Positions 25,609-39,329 of a DNA stretch of 64,000 nt are shown here, in pieces. The number at the start of each line of letters is the position of its first letter. Within the stretch, counting starts at the first letter, position 1. Below the pieces are notes generated by a model. It saw only the letters and a list, made by a program, of their open reading frames with translations. It made no database searches and had not been told where the DNA came from. Position numbers and translations under genes: made by a program. The stretch is from Vicugna vicugna (lineage: Eukaryota), in NCBI GenBank assembly GCA_013265495.1, contig MU057632.1, positions 604,054 to 668,053 on the forward strand, in the 5' to 3' direction.

Positions 25609-28600
25609 TACCCCCCCCACACACACACACATACAATTACCACTACATCTATCTGCAAGTTATCTAAATATATGGAAAAACATGACTTCACAAAGATCTT
25701 CAATTTTAAGGCAGTACCCCAAGATTCATTCAAGTTTTCTCCTGTTCCATGTTTGTACCACCCTTCTCTGACCGTGAGAAATCTTGCTGCCCTCATCCCT
25801 ATTGGGTCAGACCCCACTCTGGGTGACCAATCACCAATCACTGTTGCCGCTCCGAGTCTCACTGCACTGGTGTCCGCTTTAGGCTTCTCCGGCTGTCGTC
25901 ATCGTTGGCCTCTGGGCAGATGCCTCTGTAGCGGCAACACTCCAACCATCTTCCCTTCAGATGGGCCCCTCCCCAACTCAAGCACCAACACCTCATTGGA
26001 TGAACAGCCACCTTTGCAGACCCCTCCCTCCGCCACACGTGTACACCTCACCCAGTACAGGGCTGCCCTCTTACGCAAAAAAAACAAACACATTCTCACC
26101 TTTTTTGTTTTAAGTCCAACAAACAATATGGAAACTTTCTAATAAATAGTTTTTACTATTTTTTTTTTGGTGTAAACAATTCTAATTCATCTGAAATACA
26201 TTTAGAAAAACAACTATATGAATATGGATATCACCTAGCCTCCCTCTTAAGACTGCTGTCCACCCTTCAGGGTTAAAATCACCACCAAGCGTAGGAAGGA
26301 AACTCATGGCCTTGGAATGTTTCGAGAGGACCCCATGCTACGTTTTGAAAGGAGTCTTCTGTGTCTCACTTATAAAAGTTGTGTGTTCAGATTTAGAATT
26401 GATGACAGCTGTGCACTATCCTTGGCAGGAGGGCAGGGCTCAAAATATAATTTTGACAAATTTCTCAACACCGCCTAAACTTTGTTTAGAAATATAAATT
26501 ATTTAAGAACAAAATATTTATTTATGTACGTATGCTTTTCAAAGTCTCAAGTTAAAATATTCACAACTTTAGTCATGAAGGCATTTATATCATGATAAAT
26601 ACCCTCATTCCTGGTATAGTTTTTGTAACGGGTTTTTTCTTTTAGGAGAAAAATGTTTCTACAGGGAAACCCTGGCAAAATCCTTTTGTCTTTCTGAATG
26701 TTTTGCTCTTTCATTTAGAAAACAATGAAGACTCTACTGGGCACTGAAATACTGACGTATGAAGTGTATTCTGTTTATTACTTTTCAGGAGTCAACATAA
26801 AGGTTGGCAGTTACGTGTTTCTTAAGATTAAAGAAGAAACATTGCAAGTTTCCTTGCCAAATATCATAGTGATTGGAGAGCTACATGTGATTTATTTGGA
26901 GTGATCGAGTTGTCTAGAAAAGGAGAAGAGGGAGTAATATTTGTCACGTGCATGTTGAATTGATTCCTATCACTAGCTTCAGTTCAAGAAAACTATCTCA
27001 GATCGTATTTTATACTAAAGTACTTTGTAAAGAAACAAAGAAAGAAATCACACCCTACAGATACAGAATGTCATCAGAGAGCCTTCCCTCCTTCCCAACA
27101 GGAGATAGAAATTCCGTGCTTGTAATCTACCTGGAAGGCTGAACATGCCAATCCAGTGACTGCAAATCCTGTTTCAGGTCACTCAGCTGCTTCCAGTGAA
27201 TTTGGTGTATATGAAATTATCTCCAAAAATTCTCATCACAAATCATCTGCTGTCCTTAAAAAATAGTGGTGGCACTGGTTATGGGACTCACCTATTCAGG
27301 AAACCGATAAGTTTTGAGTAGTCCTAAAAATTCAAGAAATGACTTACTTATTTTTAAATGCAGTCTTAATTGCTTAGAGAATTTGTGTGAATAAAAACCG
27401 GAGTAAATCAAATGTGGTAAAAATACTAAAGCAGTATTTTCCAGAATAAGTCATCAAATAAATCTGGTGGCTCAGAGCCAACATTTAAAAAATGCAGTAA
27501 TTATAGAAAAAATATCCAAAGGCATCGTATAGAGCAAGGGTAAGTATTATACCTGTAAATTTTTAATTTCCATTAATATATATGATGGGATGGTGGAGAA
27601 CTTGTGATATAAAATGTATTTTTACTGTTGGTTGTATAAAATAATTTTTTTTGAAGTCATTCTATTCCAAGCGTGTTACAGTGAGATTTTTACCTTTTCC
27701 TGTTCATTCTCTCATTTAGTGTTTAAATCGGTTTCCTTAATGGGTGCATATGCATTTCTCTCAAGCTTGCTAAAACCCTTAACACATAAAAGCACATAAT
27801 CATTTTTATGTATTATTACAGCTGATAGTGATATTTCAGCCAGTATTTCTTGGTCACTGATTGAATTTCATGTACGGTGGCAGAGGCCAGGGATCTGAGA
27901 TGTGTGCTCCAGGAGGCTGAGTTGAGTGGGAGAGAGAGAGATGAGAACAAAGGACCAGAGTGAGCAGTGATCTGAGTGTCCGAGCAAATAGACAGACAGA
28001 GTAGGACAAGATAACCTTCACCAAGACAGTGGATACCAGGAAGGTGTAGATCTGATGATTGATTTAACTTCAGGTATGTGGATTAGAGTTCTTGGAGGAC
28101 CATCTCTTGGAGATACTTAATAGGGACTGGCATAGAATAGATGCTCAAAAACATTTGTTAGCTAAATGAGTGTATGAGATGTTGGACATGAAGGTGGAAT
28201 GTTCAGGAATAGCACCTGTGGTTTGGGAAGTCTCTGGTCTGGAATAAGAGAAAGTTGCTGACGGTGAGATTCTGGGAGCCCCAACAGTATAGGAGGCAGG
28301 GAGGGAAAAGGGAAAGTAGAAACAGAACAGAAGATTTTGCAAAGCATGTAATCACACCAACATCCTTTTGGTCTAAAACTTGCCAGGGACTCCAAACACG
28401 TCCACAAAAGCCGCCCTCATCCTCCATACAGGCAGAAGCATGCACTATCTCTTAGGAGCCAGGTCTCTGCATGGTAGCGTTTTGTTTCCATATGGAGGAG
28501 GAAAGTTTCTACTGAAGGTCAAAAACAAGGAATCGCGGGGTTAAGAGTAAGAGATTTGAATGTTCTCAGAGGGCTGTTCATCTGTGTGTGTGCTACTAGT

Positions 28601-29873
28601 CTCCATATTTTCTCATCTGTAAACAAAACAGAGCCAGAGACAAACTGTCCAGCGCATAATCTCTTGTACATCAACTCACACCAAAGAACTGTTCAGTTTA
28701 GCGAGGCTGCCAGGACCCATTCCAGGAATCTGTTCTCATCTCACCTTCCTCTGGTGCCAAGACGCTGCTTCCACAAACGTTCTCAAGCATTTTATTGAAT
28801 GACCTGTGGGAGAAGAAAAAAAAACAAAACTAGGGATTGAATGGAACATCTAACTAAGAGTTTTGCTTAAGTTCATCATTTTCCCTGGTATATTTGCTTC
28901 CCTTTGTTTTTTATGGTAACTCTCTTAAGCATCACTAGGGTAAGAGACGTAACCCCATGGAAGACATGAGATGTCAATTGTTTCATAAGTTTAAAAAAAT
29001 CTATTTCAATGATCAACACATGTTTTATTCCGTCAAATTCTCATCTCATCTGTTTCCAGAGTATAAACATTTAGATTTCAATATTTTCATCATTAGCTGT
29101 AGTGAAAATACTGTCATTTAGATTTTGTTTTATAGATGAAAACACTGTCAGAAGCCAGCTGAGTGATTTTTCCATAGCAGTTCTCTGAGGGGCATTAGCG
29201 AGATAAATCCTTATATTGAGTCTTAGCCTTGTGGGGAACCATTCTTCTTATTTTTATATTTTCTGAAGAATTCAGTTATAAAATTGAGTTGTAAGGAGGG
29301 GTATCATTTTTATGCTGTTTTAAAAAGATCAGTCTCTTCCATTCAAGGACATTTTTTTCTCAAAGAGAAAATAAATGCACCTGCATGTATATTCAGGGCT
29401 GCTAATAATTACACTCTAGTCTGGAAGAAATCGTGTGTTTCTGAGTAACAAAATTAAATTGGTCAAATGAAAAAAAAAAGAACCTCAATTTTTCAAAACC
29501 TGGACAATAAATTAGAAAGATACTACTATTAAATTTTTTGCTTCATCTTATTTTCTGATTCATATTTAATCAACTCAGCTTTTCGATCCTCTCCCTATTA
29601 AGTATTTAGTGATTTATAATGTTTATAAGGATGCAACACAAAGGGACCCTAGGTTCCATTTGCAGCGTGAGAAATCTTGAATAATGGTGTTCTCCAATTT
29701 GTCTGTTTACAAACAAGAAGCTCAAGTACAAACATTTAAGTATTCTATTTAATAATTTAAAATGCTGTCTCAGAGAGTGCTAGAACAACAGAAAAAATTT
29801 TCTTAATACCCTCCTATCCTTCTGACAGTGTAGATTTTTATAAAATATATCTAGATACATATATGTATGTATT

Positions 29874-30385
29874 TGTCACCAAGTCCAAACTCATTCTGCT
29901 TATAACCATGCCAGGCCAATAAATTGGGTGATGAAGTGTTGGGGCAAGGAATAATGACTTTATTCAGAAAGCCAGCAGACCAAGAAGATGAAGGACTAAT
30001 GTCCTCGAGACCCATCTTCCCCAAGTCAGAATTCAGATTCCTTTTATACTAAAAAGGAGAGGGTGTGGGTGGTTGTTGCAAACTTCTTGGGATCGGAACC
30101 CTTTATTCTTGCAGCTGTCCACATGGGTCAGGTCATGGTGTCCCTGTAAACCTCCAACAAGACAAATGTTATTTTCTATTCTGCAACTTTTTATCTTTAT
30201 ATGAATGGAAAAGTGTTTCACCCTTAAAGGTCACAGCCTGGAGAATGGGGTCTCCTGTCTATTTCAGGCTCTAGGCAACATTCTTTTACAAAAGGCGCAG
30301 AACCAGCAGGACTGAGCACGGGAAACGGAGCCCAGGGTCAGAGTCAAAGGAACAGATCTAATAAGGAGTCAGGTTTGTTTTTACA
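29874..30385 (-). mobile_element. ERV1-type solo LTR, copy A
   Basis: Reverse complement of 31929-32447; AATAAA on the minus strand (tttatt at ~29958); the end near 30380 is partly deleted. Confidence 0.85.
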
Positions 30386-31928
30386 AAGCTCTTTGCTTTA
30401 AAGAGCTGCTTAACTTCCATTCTACGTTGCTTTTATACGTGTCAGAACAGTCAGTCCCACTGCCTGCCACTTTCTGTTGATTAGTTGAAGACATTTTTGT
30501 AATGACTCCTTTTGAATATCTTATATTTCCCTTTTCCACAAAGAGGTAATTCAATTCTTGGCCACCAACACTTTACTGAACATTTTGCTAAAACGGTAGA
30601 TTCTAGGCAAGTGTTCTTTTAGAGTTTACAATGCATAGAATGAGAGGTAATTTTTAAAATCTCTATTCTCTGTGTTAAGCGTTTCTAAAATAAAACTGAT
30701 AGACCTCTAACACTTTATACTTTCACATTTCATATCATACTCCTAATGGATAAAGAATCTTCCTCTCTGTTCACTGAATTTACCACTTAATTTCTGCAAG
30801 TATTAGACACACATGACATTTCCGGTACTTTTCACTGATTGCCAATCTCTAGCACTTATTTCATTCGCCCTTGTTGCTTTCTTTTTCATCTTCGTTGCAT
30901 TTTAGATGATGATGGTCAATTTTCTGGCAGCGCTAAAAATACTACTGGTTCATGCAATGTCATTCTGACTTGAAGCGAAGGCCCTAATAGAGCATGTGAA
31001 TGAGAAATGAAGACTGAGGGATTAAACTCAGAGAAAAATTAACCAGCAGCTAAAGCAAATTGCTGAATTATGCTATATTGCTTGTTCAGTTACTGGAAGG
31101 GTGGCAAAAACTAGCTTCAGAATCAATGCAGGGGAAGAGTAGAATCCGAGGTGTCAAATTAAACCCACCCAGTTAGTTAAGAAAAATTTACTTGTTTTAG
31201 CAAAAGGGAAAATATTTCTTTTTTTTTTTTTTTTCCAATGCTTGAGAAGCAAGGATGGATGAGGGCATGAGAAGGCTGAGTAAATTTTGGAGCAGCTGCT
31301 CCAATTCAATGAACTGAAGGAATACTTTAGGGCAATTGAATCAAAAACAGATAAAGCCACAAAGCTAAAGTAGTTACACAGCTGATGGCCATGCCATGGA
31401 AGCAATAAATTGATGCTGGCCTCAGAGCCACAGTTGCCCCTGAAAGCAGCGTGTTCTGATTCTGTGCGGCCAGCTGGGCTGCACAGATGCATCATTCAGA
31501 TGTCTGGGGCCTGAGTCCTGGTGCTCAGAGCTGGTCCCATGACTTCAAGGATGCATCCTGGTGATGTGCATTCACATGCACTCTCAGGGGACTGTTCCCA
31601 GGCTCTAGCTGCCCCGGGAGCCCTGGTCACGTTGGAGGCTGCACGTGGCTCTGTGCTGTGTGTCTGCACAGCAGGTGGATTTGCTCATTTGATTTGTGCT
31701 ATGAGGCCAGTAAATCCCACAGGCTACCGTGGAAGCCTGAAGCCATTGAGACTGGTTCTGGTCTTGATCTGTAGGAAGAAGAAAATAAACACAGACACCT
31801 GGAAATGTCCTTTCCTCCTCCTCTTCCATTGAGTAAGGTGTGGGGGCGGGGGGAGTGGGAGTCGATGCTTTAAACTGAGCCTTGATTGTTAACTGGTCCT
31901 TGTCCCGATAAAGCTATCTGAGTTCTGG

Positions 31929-32447
31929 TTAATAGGGAAGAACACATCTGACTCCATATGGGATCTGCTCCTTTGGCCCTAACCCTGGGCTCCGTTTCCA
32001 GTGCCCAGTCCTGCTGGTTCTGCACCTTTTGTAAAAGAATGTTGCCTTGAGCCTGAAATAGACAGGAGACCCCATTCTCCAGGCTGTGACCTTTAAGAGT
32101 GAAACACTTTTCCATTCATATAAAGATAAAAAGTTGCAGAATAGAAAATAACATTTGTCTTGTTGGAGGTTTACAGGGACACCATGACCTGACCCATGTG
32201 GACAGCTGCAAGAACAAAGGATTCTGACACCAAGAAGTCTGCAGCAAACAACCACACACCCTCCCCTGTTCAGTGTAAAAAGAGCCTGAATTCTGACTTG
32301 GGGAAGATGGGTCTCGAGGTCATTATTCCCTCATCTTCTTGGTCTGCTGGCTTTCTGAATGAAGTCATTATTCCTTGCCCCAACACTTCATCTCCCGATT
32401 TATTGGCCTGTCGTGGGGTGAGCAGAACAAGTTTGGACTCGGTAACA
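31929..32447 (+). mobile_element. ERV1-type solo LTR, copy B
   Basis: Ends ggtaaca; 4-bp TSD ctgg at 31925-31928 / 32448-32451. Confidence 0.85.
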
Positions 32448-33160
32448 CTGGCAGAGAAATGCCTTGAACAAGGCCCAGGGAACGTTAGTGATGTGGGCTG
32501 AGATGGGTTCAAGGTACCGGATCAGAGGACTGAACCCAACAACATTTCCTGACTGTGTCAGTTACACTCTGGAGGGACAGCCCAATTCTCAGGACTGGTT
32601 AGTGTTCAAGTCACAGTGCTGGCTGTGCCCTCTTGTGTTTTCAAACACATAGCACATGCCCCTTTTCCTTTGACTTTTTTCTATTCTGGATCATTTAAGG
32701 GAGACTTTTCTCCTCCCCATCTCCCCACCCTTCCCCCAAGAGCCGTTAGCGACCTTCTCTAAGGTAGCTCTGTAACTGACATGCCTTTTGCCATCCCCAA
32801 ATTCCGTTTCACACGCCTGCCAGAAACACAGCCACACGTTCTGCAACTCGCTGTGTTTTCTCAAGCCTTGCAGGAATTTCAGGCCTACACTGTGTCCTTT
32901 CATGTACTTTTTGACTGTCACACCCATATTTTTCCAGATCATTCAAAATCACATACTTTCAGCTACAAGTGAGAATTCTGGCCTTGCTGTCACACAAGCC
33001 AAACCCTTGTGAATGGAAACTTTTGCTCTCTTGTTAGATAGTTATAATTCTTAAAAAACTCATTCACTTTGGGGAAAAAAAGTGACTTGATTTCTTACAT
33101 AAATTTTTGTTCCAGGAATGCTGTAAACTGGAGTTTGGCTAACATTTTCTATAAATGGAG

Positions 33161-33370
33161 AGGGGAGCGTGTATAGTTCAGTGGTAGAGTGCCTGCTTAG
33201 CATACATGAATGAGGTCCTGGGTTTCATCTCCAGTACTGTTAAAATGTATATACATATATATTTTAAAATATATGTACACATACATACATACATATAAAA
33301 ATATACATTTTATATATATATGAACCTAACTGCCTCTCCCCCCAAAATTAAAATAAACGGTATTAAAAAA
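33161..33370 (+). mobile_element. tRNA-derived SINE
   Basis: ggggagcgtgtatagttcagtggtagagtgcctgcttagc...aacctaactgcctctccccc. Confidence 0.85.
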
Positions 33371-33394
33371 GGGATAGTAAATATTTTTGTCCTT

Positions 33395-33512
33395 GAGGGG
33401 AGGGTATAGCTCAGTGGTAGAGCACTTGCTTAGCATACACAAAGTCCTGGGTTCAATCTCCAGGACTATTAACAACAAAATTAAAAAATAAAATATTAAA
33501 AGATATATATAT
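33395..33512 (+). mobile_element. tRNA-derived SINE
   Basis: gggggagggtatagctcagtggtagagc; TSD-like atatttttgtcct on both sides. Confidence 0.88.
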
Positions 33513-34257
33513 ATATTTTTTTGTCCTGGTGGGTCGTACGGTCTCTGTTCCAACTCCTCAGCTCTGCCCTAGCTTAAAAGCAAACACATAAATGAGTGGG
33601 TTCCAATCATACTTTATGTATAGACCCTGAAATTTGAATTTCATATTATTTTTGCATGTTGTACAATATTCTTCTTCTTTTGATTGTTTTTTTCTACCAA
33701 CCATTTAAAAAATATAAAAAGCATTCCCGATTCGGAGGCCTTACATAAACAGCCAGTGGGCCAAAGTTTTTTCCAGGAGCTGCAGTTTGCTGACCTGCTA
33801 TTAATGTTTCTTTGGATTAAAGAAAGCCTGTGCTGTCTGGAGGCATACAACATTGTAGCTATATGGAGAAAGTATTTATTTCCTATGAAAAAGCTTGCAA
33901 GAACACCAAATAAAACCTCGAGAACTAACAGCAAAACATCCAGAAAGTACATTTAATCATTTCAACCTCTTGAGCTGTAGGAAGGCCTTACGTACATTGC
34001 TTGAATTAATCATTAGGCAACATTTCTGGACCACAACCAGTGATTAGTATCATGAAGAGGTTTTGGAATTAAACTTTCTGAAGTTAAGTACAGCCCTGAT
34101 AATTCAATATGCCAGTGCAACTTTTCCCTGTCTATACATTGGCTACTTTTACTTTTCTGCAATCCCATGTCCAGTGGTTTTGATTTTAAGGGAAGGAATT
34201 CTTTTTCTTTTTAAAGAAGGCAAGAGCATTTAATTTTTTTAAATTTATAATTATATT

Positions 34258-34612
34258 GATTTTTTTGTTTTGTTTTCTTTTTCTCATTGAAGTATACTCA
34301 GTTTACAATGTTGTGTCAAATTCTGGTGCACAGCATCATGTCTCAGTCATACATGTACATACATATATTCCTTTTCAGATTCTTTTTCAGTACAGGTTAC
34401 TTCAAGATATTGAATATAGCTCCCTGTGCTTTACACTGGAAACTTGTTTATCTATTTTGTATAGAGTAGTTAGTATCTGCAAATCTCGAACTCCCAATTT
34501 ATCCCTTCCCACCCCTTTCTCCCCAGGTAACCATAAATTTGTTCTCTATGTCTGTGAGTCTGTTTCTGTTTATAAATAAGTTCATTTGTGTCTTTCTTTT
34601 TTTTTTTTTTTT
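34258..34612 (-). mobile_element. L1 3' UTR end
   Basis: attgaagtatactcagtttacaatgttgtgtcaaattctggtg...aataagttcatttgtgtc. Confidence 0.9.
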
Positions 34613-37502
34613 GATAAAGGAAGGGATTCTTCATTTTACTGACAGTACCTCCCTTATGACTTAGCCACGTAATGAAGCTGTCAGGGACAGTGAGGCTCTA
34701 AGACTGATAGCTTGATTACAGCATAAGTAGCTTAATTATCACTGCAAATAACAACAAGCATTTCATTTGCTGTGTTTTCAGCTGATCTCCCAGGTCAACC
34801 ATCATATTTCTAGATTCCATGGGATAACAATTTTGAAAATATTGCCAGATTGCCATATCATGGTTCAGGATAATAGTCTCTAAAGACAATCCCATACTAA
34901 ATAACACCAAGACAACTCAGGGTTATTAATATTATAGAAACAATGAGACCATTTAGAGAAAAGAGACTCCTTCAAACAAGGCAGTTTGTTTCTGAGTGGG
35001 AGTCATTTAACTTCATATAATTCAACAAACATTCATCTTTGCTTTCTTCCCAAGAATCAAAAAATTCCCTGAGATAAGTGGGAACAGGGGCACATTTCCT
35101 GTGAATAGCCATCACTGTTGGGCGTCGTGTGGCCGTGTGTCTTTAGTAGGCATGCCTTGTTTATAACATTGGAATAAACATACTTTTCTCCTCTCCCATT
35201 TTCTCAGCTTTAAGGTTAGCAATGACTTTTTAAGCCCATAGGTTTTATATTTTCCTTCAAACCCAAATCTGACCATATATTTCCTTAATTCAAAAAATTC
35301 AACATCCATTTATTTCAACGAGAATAAAGTTCACACATCTCGGCCAGTGGCTCAGGTGTATCAATAATTTGATGATCTCAGTTACCTGCATTTGACCTTC
35401 ACAGCAGTCCTTCCTCCCCATCCTTTCACACGTGGCTGCATCCCAGCCCTTGCCTATCTACTGACCGCAGGGCTGCCCGCAGCACCTGTCCCCTTCCGGC
35501 TGTCTGGCAAAGCATCATTCATCTTTCAACACCTAAATCAACACTCATCTCTTCTAAGAATTTGTCTTAAGAACTCAGCGATGTGCTCTTCTTCCTTTAG
35601 ATAATCATGATTATTCACAGATCGCCTTGGATTTGAATTGTGTATAAATATATATATATACGTATGTGTGTGTATATATATCTCCTCCTTTTCTTCCAAG
35701 CCCATGGAGAATAGGTTTCTGTGCATGTTTCAAAGCATCTGGTAAGGTGCATAGCAAACATAAGAGCACAGGACCGTGATTTCTAGAGTAGAGCCTTGAA
35801 AGGATCCATCACTCAAGAATCCACTGTCATCAGTGCAAGATTTAGCTCTTCATTTAAGACCACGTGTTATCAGAAACTGCTGAGGAGAGAAGTAAATACT
35901 TTGTCAGTAGCTTTAATGAAACCAAGAACCTTATTGGGGGGGGTGATGGGTAGAAAATGAAGGGGAAAAAACCCTAAACCTTGTCATTTAAAACCTTCCA
36001 GTTATTTTTTGTGTCTAAGAGCTAGAGACTAGAAATCTCTTGTGCTTCAGACTTTTTATTTTTGATAAAAGATTGCAGTCTTTTTTTCCCTTAATTTTTG
36101 ATGTGGAGGGGGTTTTGTTGCTTTGTTTTGTTTCAGCCTAGATAATGGAAGCCTGCAGCTGAGTTGGAGGTTGCAGTGACTTTGCAACTCTGAGGAGCCA
36201 GTTTCTTTAGAGGGAAAAGAGTGACCTCAGAGAGAAACTGTCCCTGAGGGAGCTAAGTCTGAGCAGATGGGAAAGAGAGACAGTGGGTTAGCACATCTCA
36301 CTCCAAGCTCTTCACAGAAACCAGGTGACAATTCAAAGACTGGCAGCTCTGGGAACTTCGAGAGACAGGACTTTGGTGTTTCCAGTGGTGTTTCCACCAC
36401 GGGCACAGCTGAAAATGTCTGTGGGTCTCCAAGGTGATTCATGGACACTGGGACCACAGGACAAAATGGAAGACGCTTAATGGGCCAATCGCCTCCTTTT
36501 GGAGACTAATGATTCATTGTGGACCCTTGGAAGAGGTTGACATTGTACCATCAGGGGAGAGGACATTTGGATCTCAAAAACTGATGTGCTGTCATTCTGG
36601 AGACACAGGTCAAAACATACATTTATTCAGTATGTTTAATTTCATAAAATTTTGTCAGTTTTGATTTGAATTCTGGGTGAGCAGAAGTGTCCTTCTGGAT
36701 TAACTGCCTCAAATAAGAAGTTCTCCAGCCACCACTCTGACAGGCTGCTGAGACGTCCACCAGTCCACGGTGTTTTAGCCAGACAAATATGCAGACCCCC
36801 ACTTCAAGAACACAAACTTTCGTAATTTTTAAAGTTTAAAAAGTAACCATTATTGCCTACTTAATCACTTCATCTTAAAGTTCGCACAAAGTGTTCTTAG
36901 TACCAGGGAAGAAGTGCTTGTTGATGACTCGTGATTCATGACAGGGTACTCTCCCCCAATGCCACCCATAGACATGACTGGCTTGCGTGTCCTTGAGTCT
37001 GTGAGTGGGTTTGTATTTGGCCATGAGCACATCTGCCTCTCATCTGCTTCCTCAAGTCTGGCTCTGTGGTTCTGAGGGCCAAGGCGCTCATCAACCCCCA
37101 GGATGGGCCACAATGGGTGGGCCACATGGGGCCTCATGGTTTCCACTACGGAAATACTCCAGAGCTATCAAGGAGAGGAAGCCAACAGCCTGCATCCCCA
37201 CTTCAACATCACACTTGTTCTTTGAAATGTTGGTCATTTTAGCTACATTCAAATTTCAATTCAATTTAAATTATTTAAAAATTATATATGTGTTATAGAT
37301 TTACATTCACGCACACGTGTGCACGTGTACACACACAATTAAGAAACACAGGTAACTCCCGAGGCTCCTAAATACCTTTTTATTTCCATTCTCCAGCTGC
37401 ATAAAAAAAGAGCTCTACCAGTCAGATTTATCAGTGTATTCCAACATTCTCAGTTTCCTTTTAAAAACAGGTTTCAGAGGGATCATGACCCTGCTGATAC
37501 CT

Positions 37503-38057
37503 GTTTGTTTGTTTGTTTGTTTGTTTACTTATATTGACATATTGTTGGTTTACAGTGTTGTGTTAATTTCTGGTGTACAGCACAGTGATTCAGTTAGAGA
37601 TATATTCCTTTTCATTTTTTTCATTATAGGCCATTACAAGGTATTGCATATAGTTCCCTGTGCTCTACAGTAGGACATTGTTGATTCTCTTTTATATATA
37701 GTAGTCAGTATCTGCAAATTTTGAACTCCCAATTTATCCCTTCCAACCCTCTTCCACCCCTGTTAACCATAAGATTTTTCTGTCTCTGAGTCTGTTTCTG
37801 TTTTGTAAATAAGCTCACTTGTGTCTTTTTTTTTTCAGATTCCACGTATGAGTGATTTCATATGGTATTTTTCTTTCCCTTTCTGGCTTATTTCACTTAG
37901 AGTAATGATCTCCAGGTCCATCCATGTTGCTGTAAATGGCATTATTTTATTCTTTTTATGGCTGAGTAGTATTCCATTGTATAAATATACCACAACTTCT
38001 CTATCCAGTCATCTGTCAGGGGACATTTAGGTTGCTTCCATGTCTTGGCTATTGTAA
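37503..38057 (-). mobile_element. L1 3' end with (TTTG)n tail
   Basis: ttggtttacagtgttgtgttaatttctggtgtacagc...ccatgtcttggctattgtaaa. Confidence 0.9.
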
Positions 38058-39329
38058 AAACCAACATGCCTTTGATTTTAAGTTTAATTAGAGTCCATAT
38101 AAGATGTGGATATGTCTTTCCTCTAATTTTCTTTCCATGTGTTTATTTTAACTAAGTTTCTTAGGGGAAACATGTCCATTTCTTTTCCTTTTGACAGATG
38201 TTCTCACACTGTTAAGTATCCTCGTCACATTTTGAGAACAGATTTTTAATCCAGTTACATTTCTGTATTCCTGTTGGCTATTAAAAAAAATGGTTTTGGG
38301 GGGATGGCAGAAAAAAGGCACAAGAACAACACTGAATTTTTGGTCTTTTTTTCCTATATGTTTAAAACAGCATTTTTGTTTCAAGGTCTAGGTAAGAAGG
38401 GAGGAAATTCTGTATTTTCCTCAATGGGCTGCTGAATAAGTGCTTTTTCCCAGCAATGGCAAGAGCAGCTTTAGGGTTGCAGTGATGGAGCGGGGTGTCC
38501 AAGTACCCCCTGGGCAGGGAGCCTCTGCAGAAGGTGGGAGTGGAGTGGGGGGGATGGGGTGGGGGCGGGGTGCCTCTCCATAGAGCAGGTTGCGCCTGTG
38601 AGAACAGTTACGTCCCCTCCCCTCCTCCCCTGGGCCAAATGAAATGGATTCTGTCAGAAGCATGGAACTCACTCATCATGTAATCACAGATTCCTGTTTG
38701 ATGTAGAAACATATTGTCAACCAGCCTAGCAAGAACACGTCTGAGCAGTGTTATTATTTTCATGGGAAAACTTCCGAGGCTTGATAGATTATTCCAGGAT
38801 GGAGGGAGAGGAAAAATAATGTGTGTCTTTTGGATAAACTCTACTCCAAGTAGAAACAACCCCTTGACCTTATTTGTGAAGAGTGAGCATGTGATAGAAA
38901 TTCGTGGTTTTCCACGGGGGTCAAAATAGAAAAATAAATACATGTACCTCCATTCGGATAATTATCTAGTGAGACTAGTAATGATGCTTAATTAGCAGAT
39001 GAAAATAGATTTTGACCTGCATGTGTAAGTTAGAATTCTAGAATATTAGAGTTGAAAGAACTTGGGAACAATTTAACCAGGGAAGTCAATTGTCCCTCAA
39101 GGTCACACAATGGATAGAGAAACAGACTCAGTGAAGATGGGATTAGAGCCAGTGGATTAAAGATATGTGTACAGATTATGAAGGAGCGAGCCCTTCCTCC
39201 TCATTTTTTCACTGATTTCACGAACTTAGAAGGCGAGATCGGGAAACACAGAGGCAGAACAAGTGAAGAGCTCTGTTCATCGCAAGCGCTGTTGGGGGCA
39301 CTGGTGTCTGGTCTGGTGGTTGAAACTGG

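Larger units (their letters stand above)
33130..33799. mobile_element. MER58B-like hAT-Charlie element interrupted by two SINEs
   Basis: tttggctaacattttctataaa / gatagtaaatatttt / ggtctctgttccaactcctcagctctgcc...ctgaaatttgaatttcatatt...cagtttgctgacc. Confidence 0.75.

Noticed and set aside
30065..32255. Duplicated small Cys-rich ORFs on opposite strands
   Set aside because: Both lie within the two LTR copies, so the shared peptide only reflects repeat identity.
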